A stretch of DNA of 64,000 nt from Octopus vulgaris. Taxonomy: Eukaryota. The stretch's first letter is position 1; each line of letters opens with the position of its first letter. The translations under genes were made by a program, and so were the position numbers. Shown in pieces: positions 39,955-54,249 of the stretch. The notes below the pieces were generated by a model. That model searched no databases. It saw only the letters and a program-made list of their open reading frames with translations, and had not been told where the DNA came from. The stretch covers positions 87,730,001 through 87,794,000 of the forward strand of contig OX597824.1 of NCBI GenBank assembly GCA_951406725.2. Reading direction: 5' to 3'.

Positions 39955-40370
39955 TATTTCTTTATTGCCCACAAGGGGCTAAACATAGAGGGGACAAACA
40001 AGAACAGACAAAAGGATTAAGTCGATTACATCGACCCCAATGTGTAACTGGTACTTAATTTATCGACCCTCGAAAGGATGAAGGGCAAAGTCGACCTGGG
40101 CAGAATTTGAACTCAGAACGCAGCGGTGGACGAAATACCTATTTCTTTACTACCCACAAGGGGCTAAACACAGAGGGGACAAACAAGGACAGACAAATGG
40201 ATTAAGTATATTATACTGACCCCAGTGCGTAACTGGTACTTATTTAATCGACCCCAAAAGGATGAATGGCAAAGTCGACCTTGGCGGAATTTGAACTCAG
40301 AACACAGCGGTGGATGAAATACCACAAAGCATTTCGCCCGGCGTGCTAACATTTCTGCTATCTCACCGCC
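39955..40370 (-). mobile_element. Family B SINE dimer within one 18-bp TSD
   Basis: TGAAAGATA(A/T)AAGTTCCT at 39937-39954 and 40372-40389. Confidence 0.85.
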
Positions 40371-41059
40371 TTGAAAGATATAAGTTCCTGCAGCTTGTTG
40401 ACTTTAACTGTGTCATGACCACTGATCAGTTACTTGGCAAACCATCGATATATATCCAACAGGCAGCCAAAGAAAAGGCATCAAAGACAAAATTGTTAAT
40501 GACATTCCAATATGTTGTTTACTACTAGGAGTCTAATGGGTTAACTATTTGCCAGATTTATTATATTTTGCCAGTCAGTCCAATTCCTGATAAAAACAAG
40601 TTTTAATGAGTCAACCAAGGGCTGAATGGCTTCCTATTTGCTGATAAAATCCCTGATAAAATCCTGTTTGGGTGTCTACATTTGCTTTTAAATCTGAACA
40701 CAGTGATCCAAGTTCAATTCTTTGGTAGTGAGTTGGTTTTGGAGAATCAGCCAATATTTCTGCAGTGGAATTCTGCTTTATGCATGCCATATAACCCTTC
40801 ATGAATTTTTTATTTTTTTGAACTTTCAGAAAATTTTTGCAAATTTGTATTCTACACACAGGAATTTCATACGATTATGCAAAAACCAACAACAACAAAA
40901 AAAAACTTGGTACATGATTTAAGGCCTGTTTAGAAGTTATTTTCAGCACATCTCACGACCACCTCATACCCCTCCTTGTTTGTCAGTCTGACGTATTGAT
41001 CTTCTTCAATATCTTTCTCCCCACTTCTAATGGACTATTTCTGGGATTTAAGCCAATGG

Positions 41060-41388
41060 CGATGATGACAATGACGATGATGACGATGACGATGATGATG
41101 ATGATGATGACGATGATGATGATGACAATGATGATGACGATGACGATGACGATGATGATGATGACGACGATGATGACGATGATGACGATGATGATGATGA
41201 TGATGATGATGACGATGACGATGATGATGATGACGATGATGATGATGATGACAATGACGATGATGATGATGATGATGATGATGATGACGATGATGATGAT
41301 GATGATGATGATGATGACGATGACGATGACGATGGCGATAATGATGATGACGATGATGATGATGATGACAATGATGATGATGATGACA

Positions 41389-41425
<37 letters not shown>

Positions 41426-41578
41426 CGATGATGATGATGATGACAATGACGACGACGACGATGATGATGATGACGACGACGATGACGATGACAATGATGA
41501 TGATGGCGATAATGATGATGATGATGATGATGGCGATAATGATGATGTCATTGTCGTTTTGTTGTTGTTGTTGTTGTT
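41060..41578. repeat. (GAT/GAC)n trinucleotide tract followed by (TTG)n
   Basis: Direct inspection. Confidence 0.95.
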
Positions 41579-41851
41579 AATAACAATGAATATAATAACA
41601 ATGTCTACCATAAGCACAAATCGTATTTTCAAGAGTAGAAAAAAAAAACCTAGTGTTGTAATAGTTGTGTCTTTCTCAAGGACCTTAGCAACTTCAGCTT
41701 CAATCAAAAAAATATAAACCAGGTCAATGACATTTTTTTTTTCTCAAAGCTCATTTTGCAAATTTACAATATTTACCTAGAATCAATTTAAAACTAATGA
41801 ACAAGATCGATTCTTTTCCCCTTTTTTTTTTTTTTGTCTTTTCATTCACAT

Positions 41852-42115
41852 TCAACCATTTTGATACCAATCCAGCAAAGATCTCCCCTGGTTCCATGAT
41901 CCAAAACTTCCTGTTTTAAGCTGCTTCAGTTCGCATTTAAATTAAAATTTTCCATAGTAATTATATCTAAGAACATTTTAAGTTATGTTCCAAACACCAT
42001 CTTATTTGAAAAGTAATTTATTTTATTGAATTCCTCCAAATTCTTGATTACTTTCAAAATTAATTGAAATACATAAGCAGAGTATTTCACTGGAATTATA
42101 TTTGCAAAAGAGTTA
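41852..42115 (+). mobile_element. Old copy of the piggyBac-type MITE
   Basis: Diverged match to 59030-59782, with ends ..aaccattttgatacc and ..aaaagagttaa. Confidence 0.55.
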
Positions 42116-42159
42116 AGCAAACAATTTGATGTTTAGTTCCTGCATTGTTGTCTGCTCTC

Positions 42160-42356
42160 TTCTACTCTTTTACTTGTTTCAGTCATTTGACTGTGGCCAT
42201 GCTGGAGCACTGCCTTTAGTCGAGCAAATCAACCCCAGGACTTATTCTTTGTAAGCCTAGTATTTATTCTATCAGTCTCTTTTGACGAACCTCTAAGCTA
42301 CGGAGATGTAAACACACCAGCATTGGTTGTCAAGCAATGTTGAGGGAACAAATATA

Positions 42357-42390
<34 letters not shown>

Positions 42391-42822
42391 ACGGGCTTCT
42401 CTCTCTCTCTTTTTTTCTCTTTTTACCTGTTTCAATCGTTTGACTGCAGCCATGCTGGAGCACCGCCTTTAATCGACCAAATTGATCCCAGGACTTATTC
42501 TTTGGAAGCCTAGTACTTATTCTATCGGTCTCTTTTACCGAACCGCTAAGTTACAGGGGATGTAAACACACAAACCATCGGTTGTCAAGCGATGTGGGGT
42601 GGGGGCACAAACACAGACACACAAACATAGACACACACATACATATATATATATATACATATATACGATGGGTTTCTTTCAGTTTCCGTCTTCCAAATCC
42701 ACTCAGAAGCCTTTGGTCAGCCCGAGGCTATAGTGGAAGACACTTGCCCAAGGTGTTATGCAGTGGGACTGAACCCGGAACCATGTGGTTGGTAAGCAAG
42801 CTACTTACCACACAGCCACTCC
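42160..42822 (-). mobile_element. Two tandem family A SINEs (3' half 42160-42400; near-full copy 42418-42822)
   Basis: Match to family A. Confidence 0.85.
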
Positions 42823-43204
42823 TACTCTGCTGTCTTCATTTTTATCTGCCATTATCATCTTTGCATTTCCTACTATGGTAGCCATGTACCTCCTCTACAG
42901 CAAGACACCTGTGCATGTCCCTCTATGATTCTTTAACCTCTCGTTCCCAGGTATAAAACCACCTCCCCACCACCACCTTAAATGAAGGGCTCTTGTCTTA
43001 TGAGTTACTTGGTGACCTTATTAGTGCTAGTATCACATAAAAGCCACCCAGAACAGTCTGTAAATGCTTTGTGTCAGGAAGGGCATCAAGCTGTAGAAAC
43101 CAGGCCAAAGCAGGCACTGGGGCTTGGCACTGTCCTCTGTTTTTTTTCCGCACCTGTCAAACCATCCAACCGATACTACCAGTGAGAAACGAACATCAAA
43201 TGGG

Positions 43205-43960
43205 GGTAGTAGCAGTGGTGGTGTCAGCAGTGGTCACATCAGTGGTGGCTGCTGGCTGCAGTGGTGATGTCAGCAGTGGTGGTGTCAGCAGTGGTGGTGT
43301 CAGCAGTGGTCACATCAGTGGTGGCTGCAGCAGCAGTGGTGGTGGCCTCAGCAGCAGTGGTGGTGGCAGCAGTGGTGGTATCAGCAGTGGTGGTGTCAGC
43401 AATGGCGGTAGCAGTAGTGGTGGTGGCAGCAGTGGTGGTAGCAGCAGTGGTGGTAGCAGCAGTGGTGGTGGCTGAAGTGGTGATGTCAGCAGTGGTCACA
43501 TCAGTGGTGGCCGCAGCAGCAGTGGTGGTAGCAGCAGTGGTGGTGGCTGAAGTGGTGGTGGCAGCAGTGGTGGTGGCAGCAGTGGTGGTATCAGCAGTGG
43601 TGGTGTCAGCAGTGGTGGTAGCAGCAGTGGTGGTGGCTGAAGTGGTGGTGGCAGCAGTGGTGGTAGCAGCAGTGGTGGTGTCAGCAATGGTGGTAGCAGC
43701 AGTGGTGGTGGCAGCAGTGGTGGTGTCAGCAGTGGTGGTGGCAGCAGTGGTGGTATCAGCAGTGGTGGTAGCAGCAGTGGTGGTGTCAGCAATGGTGGTG
43801 GCAGCAGTGGTGGTATCAGCAGTGGTGGTAGCAGCAGTGGTGGTATCAGCAGTGGTGGTGTCAGCAATGGTGGTAGCAGCAGTGGTGGTGGCTGAAGTGG
43901 TGGTGGCAGCAGCAGTGGTAGTGTCAGCAGTGGTGGTCGCAGCAGTGGTGGTGACAATGA
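43205..43960. repeat. 15-bp minisatellite (G/T)CAGCAGTGGTGGT(G/A)
   Basis: Roughly 50 units; open in a Thr/Ala-rich frame on minus and a Val/Ala-rich frame on plus. Confidence 0.9.
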
Positions 43961-44042
43961 TGACGATCTTCAGTTTGAATTGTGCCAGACAAAGTATACA
44001 TGCCGAGCATGTATAAATATTCAAAAGCATTCTTCAAGCTGT

Positions 44043-44089
<47 letters not shown>

Positions 44090-44559
44090 TGTGTATGTGT
44101 GTGTGTGTGAGTATGCATGATGGTGGTGGTGGGGGGGACTCTGATCTACTTTATGATTGAATAATAATTTCATGATCTTCAGTGAAAACTCAATTAGCTC
44201 TTCCATTTCTGCCTAAAACATTAATTACAGGTGACTAAAATTCCAAACTTAAAACAACTTTGAAACCTTTAAACTTCAAACAACCTGATTTCATCAGAAA
44301 TTTCTCTCTTCATCCTAAATTTAAACGTTTGCAATTTCTATTCATATTTTGTATCATTTCTTCAGCTTAGAAACTTGTCCAGCAAAACAAATTCTTTTAC
44401 AAGTTCAATTTTCATACAAGACAGCTTTTTTTTTATTTATTTGAATGTCTATTTTCTCTGATATTTTATGTAGAAATTTTGTTTTATTCTGTAAAGTGCT
44501 TGATTCATCGTTTTAATATAATAATATTGCACAAAATGCTAGTTTTTCAGATTATCATC

Positions 44560-44731
44560 AGGCGCAGGAGTGGGTGTGTGGTAAGTAGCTTGCTTACCAA
44601 CCAGATGGTTCCAGGTTCATTTCCACTGCGTGGCACCTTGGGCAAGTGTCTTCTACTATAGCCTTGGGCTGACCAAAGCCTTGTGAGTGGATTTGGTAGA
44701 CAGAAACTGAAAGAAGCCCATCGTATATATG

Positions 44732-44784
<53 letters not shown>

Positions 44785-45007
44785 GTGTATATATGTTTGT
44801 GTGTCTGTTTGTCCCCCAATATCACTTGACACCCGATACTGGTGTGTTTATGTACCCGTAAGTTAGCAGTTCAGCAAAAGAGACTGATAGAATAAGTACT
44901 AGGCTACCAAAGAATGAGTCCTGGGATCGATTTACTCGACCAAAGGCAGTGCTCCAGCATGGCCGCAGTCAAATGACTGAAACAAATAAAAGAGTAAAGA
45001 GTAAAGA
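44560..45007 (+). mobile_element. SINE family A, full length
   Basis: Head to (AAAGAGT)n tail. Confidence 0.9.
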
Positions 45008-45399
45008 ATCTAGTATTTATTCTATCGGTGTCTTCTGCTGAACAGCTAGATTACAGGGATGTAAACAAACCAACACTGGTTGTCAGGTGGTGGCGGTGGT
45101 TATGGTGGTGGGGACAAGCATAGACACAAAGACACATTCACAGACATACATATATGTGTGTGTATGTATATACATATGTATGTGTGTGTGTGTGTGTGTG
45201 TGAATGGAACAAGTAAAAGAGTAACCTACTCCCCCACCCCTGAAGCTGCTGGCCTTGTGCCAAAATTTGAAACCTGTATGTGTCTTCCAAGCTGTAATTG
45301 TTTTAGCTTCAAAAAACAATCACAGTTACCAGACAAGCACATCCCCAGAAAGCATTTATATTTTCAAAAAATATTTATTACACTCAAGCCCCTGCCCAT

Positions 45400-45815
45400 T
45401 CAAAGTACCTTGGATTCCAGAACATCCCGCTGTGCTTGAGGAGACCTATTGAGTCAAGTACATGAACATCGAAATAAATATCAATGGAAATAGTAGTTGT
45501 GATACCTGTGCCGGTGGCACATAAAAAGCACCATCCAAATGTGGCCGATGCCAGCGCCGCCTTGACTGGCTTCCGTGCCGGTGGCACGTTAAAAGCACCA
45601 ACCGATCGTGGCCGATGCCAGACTCCCCTGGCACCTGTGCCAGTGGCACGTAAAAAGCACCCACTACACTCGTGGAGTGGTTGGTGTTTGGAAGGGCATC
45701 CAGCTGTAGAAACACTGTCAGATCAGACTGAGCCTGGTGCAGCCTTCTGGCTTCCCAGACCCCAGTTGAACCGTCCAACCCATGCTAGCATGGAAAACGG
45801 ACGTTAAACGACGAT
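45400..45815 (+). mobile_element. Family C retroposon, full length, variant 5' end
   Basis: Three internal repeats and tail GGACGTTAAACGACGAT. Confidence 0.85.
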
Positions 45816-46419
45816 TCAATTCTGTCTCTGTCTGAAGGTTACCTTTTGCAGTGACAGGTGTATCATTGGTTGTCTGTCTGACTCACAGCAGTTCATGTCA
45901 CAGGTGGCCAATACATTGAGGTCTCGTAATTCCTGACATCTTTTCATTCCTTGTACCATAAACTTATTGCACACCAATGTACCTCTTGCAATGTTTCCAA
46001 GTACAGCAATTATGAGTCAATGAGGGAGCTTGTATATGGATGTTTGACCTACTAGAAATAGCAGCTACGTCTACTTCATATCCTGCTCTATCACCATCAT
46101 TGTTTTAATGTCCACATTTCCATGTTCCCGTGAGTTGGAAAGAATTAGTTCAGGCAGATTTATTATGTCAGATACTGTTTATAGATGCCCTTTCTGTTTC
46201 CAAATAAGGTAATATCTCCCCATGATCAGACATGTCCCAGGAGTTTCAAAAGGAAGGACACAGCTTGCATTATATCCATGACAGTATATAATGCTTTCAG
46301 TTTCTTATTTCTTTATTGCCCACAAGGGGCTAAACATAGAGGGGACAAACAAGGACAGACAAAGGGATTAAGTCGATTACATCGACCCCAGTGCGTAATA
46401 CTGTGTTTTATTCTATGTG

Positions 46420-46735
46420 TGAAGGCGCATAGCTTAGTGGTTAGGGCATTCGGCTCACGATCATAAGGTCACAAGTTCAATTTCCGGTGATGCATTGTCT
46501 CCTTGAGCAAGACACTTTATTTCATGTTCCTCCAGTCCACTCAGCTGGCAAAGATGAGTTGTACCTGTATTTCAAAGGGCCAGCCTCGTCACACTGAATC
46601 TCCCTGAGAACTACATTAGTGCTACATGTGTTTGTGGAGTGCTCAGCCGCTTATTTGTTAATTTCACGAGCAAGCTGTTCCATTGATCATATCAGCTGGG
46701 ACCCGTATCGTCATAACCAATGGAGTGCTCCTTAC
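46420..46735 (+). mobile_element. tRNA-headed SINE (family F)
   Basis: A-box TAGCTTAGTGG, B-box-like AGTTCAATTTCC, then CCTTGAGCAAGACACTTTATTTCA. Related heads at about 33998 (+), 20140-20255 (-) and 57700-57830 (-). Confidence 0.75.
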
Positions 46736-47029
46736 TCTGTGTATTGTGCATTCACTTTTGTGTACCATTTCTGGTGAGTTGTAGTGCACCTGAGCACTGT
46801 ATACCATAAGTTCATTGTGGGACCCACATTGTCATAACCAACGGAGTTCATAAACAACAACAACAACAACAACAACAGCAGCAGCAACAACAACAACAAC
46901 AGTAACAGCATGCCAATTAAAACTTTTTATTATGTTAATTACATCATTAGGCTGTTTTTTTTTAATCGTTTGGCACACTTCTTCCTTAATACCGCATAAG
47001 ACTGATTCATTTGTTCGTCACGGTTATTT

Positions 47030-47435
47030 ACTCTCTTTTACTCTTTTACTTGTTTCAGTCATTTGACTGCGGCCATGCTGGAGCACCGCCTTTTAGTCGA
47101 GCAACTCGACCCCGGGACTTATTCTTTGTAAGCCCAGTACTCATTCTATCGGTCTCTTTTTGCCGAACCGCTAAGTGACGGGGACGTAAACACACCAGCA
47201 TCGGTTGTCAAGCGATGCTAGGGGGACAAACACAGACACAAACACACACACATACATATATATATATATACATATATACGACGGGCTTCTTTCAGTTTCC
47301 GTCTACCAAATCCGCTCACAAGGCTTTGGTCGGCCCGAGGCTAGAGTAAAAGACACTTGCCCAAGGTGCCACGCAGTGGGACTGAACCCGAAACCATGTG
47401 GTTGGTTAGCAAGCTACTTACCACACAGCCACTCC
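47030..47435 (-). mobile_element. SINE family A, young full-length copy
   Basis: Retains most CpGs relative to other copies. Confidence 0.9.
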
Positions 47436-47689
47436 AGATATTTTTTTTCAAACTGGAGAAAAGAAAACGAAAAAAATGTCTCAATAATGTAATGATAAAT
47501 TAGTAGAAGTTATCTGGTTTCTGGATTTAATTCTTGAAATTGAGAGATAAACTTTACGGAAGACCAAAAAACATAGACAGTAATTTAGCTATAGACATCC
47601 AAATTGGTATGATACTGCATTGAGTTAGATCTCTGTGTGTGTATCCGTGAGTGTTTGTGTGTGCATGTGTGTGTGTGCGTGTGCATGCA

Positions 47690-48330
47690 TGTGTGTGTAT
47701 CTGTGAGTGTGTGTGTGTGTGTGTGTGAGTGTGTGTGTAAATGAATATGCATAGGAAAGCGGACATAAGATGGTGGCAGTGGTGACGATGGTAATGACGA
47801 CTACGATCAGAATGGCAATAACAATGATGATGGTGGTGGTGGTGGTGATGGGGATGGTAGTGATGACAGAGGTAATGGTGGCGGTGGCGGCGGCAGCGGA
47901 AGTTTTGATGATGATGATGACTACAATGATGTAGATGATGATGATGATGATGGTGGTGTTGTTGTTGTTGTTATTGTTGTTGTTGGTGGTGGTGGTGGTG
48001 ATGGTGTGTGTGTATCTGTGAGTGTGTGTGTGTGTGTGTGTGTGAGTGTGTGTGTAAATGAATATGCATAGGAAAGCGGACATAAGATGGTGGCAGTGGT
48101 GACGATGGTAATGACGACTACGATCAGAATGACAATAATAATGATGATGGTGGTGGTGGTGGTGGTGATGGGGATGGTAGTGATGACAGAGGTAATGGTG
48201 GCGGTGGCGGCGGCAACGGAAGTTTTGATGATGATGATGATGACTACAATGATGTAGATGATGATGATGATGATGGTGGTGTTGTTGTTGTTGTTATTGT
48301 TGTTGTTGTTGGTGGTGGTGGTGATGGTGA
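47690..48330. repeat. ~317-bp tandem duplication of a mixed GT/GAT/GGT/GTT low-complexity unit
   Basis: GTAAATGAATATGCATAGGAAAGCGGACATAAGATGG occurs at about 47737 and 48054 with colinear downstream sequence. Confidence 0.9.
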
Positions 48331-48579
48331 CAATGGTGATATGAAAAGGAGAAGTGTATTGCATTGCAACAGGTGGTGATGGTGGTGGTGGTGGTCGTCG
48401 TCACCGTCGTGGTTGTGGTCGTGGTAGTAGTAATAGTGGTGGTGGTAGTGGTGGTAGCAGTGATGGTGGTGGTGGTGGTGGTGGGTGATTGTATTGCTGC
48501 TGCTGATAATGTGTATGCATGCATATAAGATACGTGTGTACGACTGAGTGATTGTATAATTAGGCACTCACACACTTGT

Positions 48580-48593
48580 ACGCATGCGTGTGT

Positions 48594-48636
<43 letters not shown>

Positions 48637-49933
48637 TACTCACATACACTCATACAGCTACATTCACACACCAAAACACACAAACACACATACTCATACA
48701 TACACACATGTACACTCATAGACACATACATGCAGACACACATACACACTCACACACACATACAGACACACACATACACGCACACTCACTCACGTATACA
48801 CACACACTTACAAACATATATACTCATTCACACATACATGCACTCACACGCACAAGCACACATTCACACACACATACATACACACTCACATATATATATA
48901 TATACACACACATGCACATTCACACATGCACACACACACACACATACACACACATTCACACACATACATACTCACTCACACACATACATACACACTTATA
49001 CACACACATATACACACACATGCACATTCACACATGCACACACACACATACAGACACACACACTCACTCACACATACACACACTCACTCACACACACACA
49101 AACAAACATTCACACACACATACATACACACTTATACACACACATATACACACACATGCACATTCACACTCACACACAATCACACATACACACACTCCCT
49201 CACACATACACACACTCACCCACACACATACATACTCACACACACACACACTCTCTCACACATACACACACACTCACCCACATACATACTCACTCACACA
49301 GACACACACACACACACTCCCTCACACATACACACACACTCACCCACATACATACTCACTCACGCAGACACACACACTCCCTCACACATACACACACACT
49401 CTCTCACAAATACACACACTCACACACATACATACGCACACTTACGCACACACACATTTACACACACTCCTTTACACATACACACACTCACCCACGTACA
49501 TACTAACTCACACATACACACACTCACCCACGTACATACTAACTCACACATACACACACTCCCTCACACATACACACACTCCCTCACACATACACACACA
49601 CTCTCACAAATACACACACTCACACACATACATATGCACACTCACGCACACACACATTTACACACACTCCTTTACACATACACACACTCACCCACGTACA
49701 TACTCACTCACACAGACACAGACACACTCCCTCACACACACACACACATACATACTCACACACATACATACGCACACTCACACACACAAACACATACACA
49801 CACACTCCTTCACACATACACACACAATCCTTCACACATACACACACAATCCTTCACACATACACACAAACTCACACACACACACACACACACTCATACA
49901 CATACACACACACTGACACACACACACACACAC
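48580..49933. repeat. 1.35-kb degenerate (CA)n tract
   Basis: Source of the 300-450 aa His/Thr ORFs. Confidence 0.95.
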
Positions 49934-50279
49934 TGAGCGACACCACAAAACCAGAAAATCACAAAACACACAGATAAACATTTGAGAGGAGATAAGAATT
50001 GCTGAGTGGAAGAAGAAGCAGAGAAAAGATTAGGAAATCTGGTTATTTCGAAATTGAATGTTTGCTTCCTTCCATTCACTCCCACAGACAGCAAACCTAC
50101 TCATCCTTTGGCAAATACAAGAAAGCATTATTTTCTGATGTAATAAATTCAGAATCCAGAGGAAGATATATCAATTATGCTTAATGAAACAAATCTTCGT
50201 TATAAAGGAAACTTGTCACCGTAATCTTTGGGGGAGACCGAAACTGAAATACGCAGGCATCAACAGTTGTTTGTATTAC

Positions 50280-50725
50280 GATATCGTCATCGTCATCGTC
50301 ATTGTCATTGTCATCGCCACTGTCATCATCAGCATCGTCGCCCTGATTGGCCTTCTCCTCGTTACTAACGACATCGTTGGCGGTGGTTGGCGGCGCCATC
50401 ATTGTCATCCTTCCCCTCCTCCTCTTCTTCTTCTTCTTCTTCTTCTTCTTCTTCTTCTTCTTCTTCTTCTTCTTCTCCTCCTCCTTCTTCCTCCTCCTCC
50501 TACCCCTCTTCTTCCTCCCCCCTCTTCTTCTTCCTCCTCCTCCTCCTACCCCTCTTCTTCCTCCTCCTCCTCCTCCCTCTCCTCGTCCCCTCTTCTTTCT
50601 CCTCATCCACTTCCTCATTCTCCTCCTTCTCTCCTCCTCCACCACCACCACCACCACCATTGACACAACCACCACCATTAACCCCACCACTAACACCACC
50701 ACCACCACCATCGCCATCATTGTTG
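50280..50725. repeat. Compound (CAT)n/(CTT)n/(CCT)n/(CCA)n tract
   Basis: Direct inspection. Confidence 0.9.
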
Positions 50726-51199
50726 TAATTTTCATGTCCATTTTCCCATGACTGCATGGGTCAGATGGCATTAAGTGAAGATGCATTTCTATGGCTGGAA
50801 TACCAACCTTTTACCTATTTTCAAGCAAGGTTACATTTCACTACAGCCAGATGCGCTTTCACAGAATATTAGAAATGAACGAGATTCATTTACAACAATC
50901 ACATGATGTCAAGACAATGACACACACACACACACACATTTCATTCCATGTCAGTAACCTCTGATGAGCACAGGGTTACATAACCGGATTGTTACCTGAC
51001 ACTGTTGAGTCTTATGTTATTTATGATAATAAACCTAATATTAGGAATTATGATAAGTTTTGTTCAGTTAATTAAGGTTTTAATAATAGGTATTATAATA
51101 CAAAAAATAAATATAGTAAAAAAGTAAAAGATAAGAAGAAATTTAATGTGGTTAATGATAATGAGAAATATAATAATATAATAAGTAAAAGTAATCTCT

Positions 51200-51595
51200 C
51201 TCTCTCTTTTACTTGTTTCAGTCATTTGACTGTGGCCATGCTGGAGCACCGCCTTTTAGTCGAGCAAATCGACCCCGAGACTTATTCTTTGTAAGCCCAG
51301 TACTTATTCTATCAGGCTCTTTTGCTGAACCGCTAAGTTGCGGGAACGTAAACACACCCGCATCGGTTGTCAAGCAATGCTAGGGGGACAGACACAGACA
51401 CACAAACACATACACACACATATATATATACATATATACAACAGGCTTCTTTCAGTTTCTGTCTACCAAATCCACTTACAAGGCATTGGTCAGCCCGGGG
51501 CTTTAGCAGAAGACACTTGCCCAAGGCGCCACGCAGTGGGACTGAACCATGTGGCTGGTTAGCAAGCTACTTACCACACAGCCACTCCTGTGCCT
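51200..51595 (-). mobile_element. SINE family A
   Basis: Match to family A. Confidence 0.9.
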
Positions 51596-52136
51596 ATGTT
51601 AACAATAAGAATAAAACACACACACACACAAAAACTGAATGAATTTCAACAATTTCTATTTACCAAATCCACTCACAATGCTTTGATCAGTCTGGGACTA
51701 TTGTAGAAGAGATTTGTTCAAGCTGCTGTGCTGTGGGACTGAACCTGAAACCATGTGGTTGCGAAGCAAACTTCTTAACTATACCGTGATATTTGAATGT
51801 CTAATCTTTTCAAGAATTAAGGGTGTGGGATTGACTTTGAATGTGTGTGTGTGTGTGTGTGTGCATGCACAAGTGTGTGTTTGCATATATGTGTATGGAC
51901 GTGTGCAGTTGTGTATACTGATTATTTACATGAAAGGAAAAGCTTGTTTTTAAGACTACATACAGCGTCACAAGCAGCATTGTGAATCAATCATACATCA
52001 TGTGAAGCAGGTGTATGATTAAATTGGAAACAGAATAAGAATTTGGTTTGAAATAAACACAATACCAAAGAAAATTGGTGCCAAAGAAAACCAATAAATT
52101 TAATAAAGCAAGAAAAGCAGCCCATAAATAAATAAA

Positions 52137-52183
<47 letters not shown>

Positions 52184-52439
52184 GTGTGTGTGTGTGCGTG
52201 TGTGTATTTCATTGCATCTCAGCAACCTCTGATGAGCACAGGGTTGCATAACTCGATTGTTACCTAACACTCTGTTGAGTCTCTGGCATGGAACTGATTG
52301 CTAAGATCAGCTGTAATTGATACTTAATACAGTACACTTTGGATAATATATATATTTTTAATTAAAAATAAGCAGAAAATAGAGAAAACTTTTGGTCAAC
52401 AAACAAATTAACAACAATTGGTTATGTATGTATGTATAT

Positions 52440-52832
52440 ATGAAAAGCACCATTCGAGTGTGATCATTGCCAGTGTCACCTTACCGGCACATGTGCCAGT
52501 GGGGTGTGAGAAAGAACATTTGAGCGTGGTCATTGCCAGTGCCGCCAGAGTGGATCCCATGCAGATAGCATGCAAAAAGACCTTTAGAGCGTAGTCATTG
52601 CCTGAACTGCCAGACTCGCCCCCGTGTCGGTGGAACGTAAAAGCACCCACTACACTCTTGGATTGGTTGGCATTAGGAAGGGCATCCAGTTGTAGAAACC
52701 TTGCCAGATCAAGATTGGAGCCTGGTGCAGCCATCGGGCTCACCAGTTGTCAGTGAAACCGTCCAACCCATGCCAGCATGGAAAGCAGATGTTAAACAAT
52801 GATGATGATAGTGATGATGATGATGATGATGA
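52440..52832 (+). mobile_element. Family C retroposon, older copy
   Basis: Internal repeats and (GAT)n tail. Confidence 0.8.
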
Positions 52833-52833
52833 T

Positions 52834-52873
<40 letters not shown>

Positions 52874-52936
52874 TATACATACATATACACATATATATGT
52901 GTGTGTATATATATATATATATATATACATATATAC

Positions 52937-52967
<31 letters not shown>

Positions 52968-53084
52968 CACACACACATATATATATACCTACACACACAA
53001 TATATATATATACATACATACATATACACACACACACACACAAACAAACACACACATAGATACATACACACATACTTGTATACA

Positions 53085-53119
<35 letters not shown>

Positions 53120-53220
53120 GCATGCGCGCACATAGAGGTGAGAGGAAGAAAGAGAAAGAAACCCATTTTCTTCTAATGCACAGTCTCACTACTACGAGTA
53201 TATAAAAATCGGCGGAAAGG

Positions 53221-53234
53221 GTTGCCATGGTGAT
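53221..53234 (+). promoter_or_regulatory. RFX X-box-like motif in a small CpG-containing unique island
   Basis: GTTGCCATGGTGAT compared with the X-box GTTGCCATGG(C/T)AAC. Confidence 0.3.
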
Positions 53235-53566
53235 AATTGTTGCCGGGAATGTTACATCATGTTCTTTCAATTCAAAATGTTTTAAGACAACCAAACTAAA
53301 GCTTCACAACGGTAGCACACATGCAGCCGAGTAAAAGGAAATTTTTAAAAAAGATACTCAAATGTCAAAATACTGAATATTTTCTAATATACCATCATTA
53401 ATTTTACTTCAGTGGTTTGTTTTACTAAAGGAGAATGTGGGTGCCAAAGAAATCAAGGACAAGATGGATTTTGCAGCTTATGAAAATGTCAGTGATTTAG
53501 ATTTGTCTCCAGTGTTGTGTTGTGTCTGTAGCCATCATACACTTAACTTCCAGAAGATGAATGTAC

Positions 53567-54190
53567 TTAACATTATCCAGGTAACATGGATGGTATTATT
53601 CTCCATAAGAAAACAGGTAATTTGTTGGTTTCAAATTTTGCCACAAGGCCAGCGGATTTTGTGGCAGAGGGTAAATCGATTACATCTACACCCACTGCTC
53701 AGCTAGTTCTTATTTAATTAACGTTGATAATTAACATTATCCAGGTAATACAGATGGTATTATTCTCCATAAGAAAAGCAGGTGATTTGTTGGCTTGTCA
53801 TGTTGGTTTCAAATTTTGCCACAAAGCCAGCAATTTTGTGGCAGGGGATAAGTTGATCACATCTACCCCCACTGCTCAGCTGGTTCTTATTTAATTAACA
53901 TCGATAATTAACATTATCCAGGTAACATGGATGGTATTATTCTCCATAAGAGAAACAGGTGATTTGTTGACTTGTCATGTTGGTTTCAAATTTTGCCACA
54001 AGGCCAGCAAATTTGTGGCAGGGGGTAAGTTGATCACATCTACCCCCACTGCTCAATTGGTTCTTATTTTATCAACCTCGAAAGGACGAAAGGCAAATTC
54101 AGCCTCAGCAGAATTTGAACTGAGAACATGAAGATGGCTGAAAAGCTGCAAAGCACCTTGTCCGTGTGCTAATGATACTGTTACCCTTAA
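53567..54190. repeat. Diverged tandem triplication (units about 165-177 bp) including the tail of a family B variant on the minus strand
   Basis: TTAACATTATCCAGGTAA recurs at 53567, 53731 and 53908. Confidence 0.85.
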
Positions 54191-54249
54191 AGTAACAACA
54201 TTGGTTTCGAATTTTAGCACCAGTCTTTCTGTCAAACAATCTGAACCAT

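Noticed and set aside
41060-41720. Poly-Asp biomineralisation-type protein, or poly-Met/poly-Ser ORFs
   Set aside because: The Asp frame has a stop just upstream and no start or convincing splice context; GAT/GAC mixing is common in non-coding triplet tracts.
48576-49936. Long His/Thr ORFs (up to 446 aa) and all similar YI/CV/HT ORFs in the track
   Set aside because: Translations of dinucleotide microsatellites that lack stop codons by composition.
50101-50243. Minus-strand exon with plausible splice sites
   Set aside because: Stops in all three frames and no other support.
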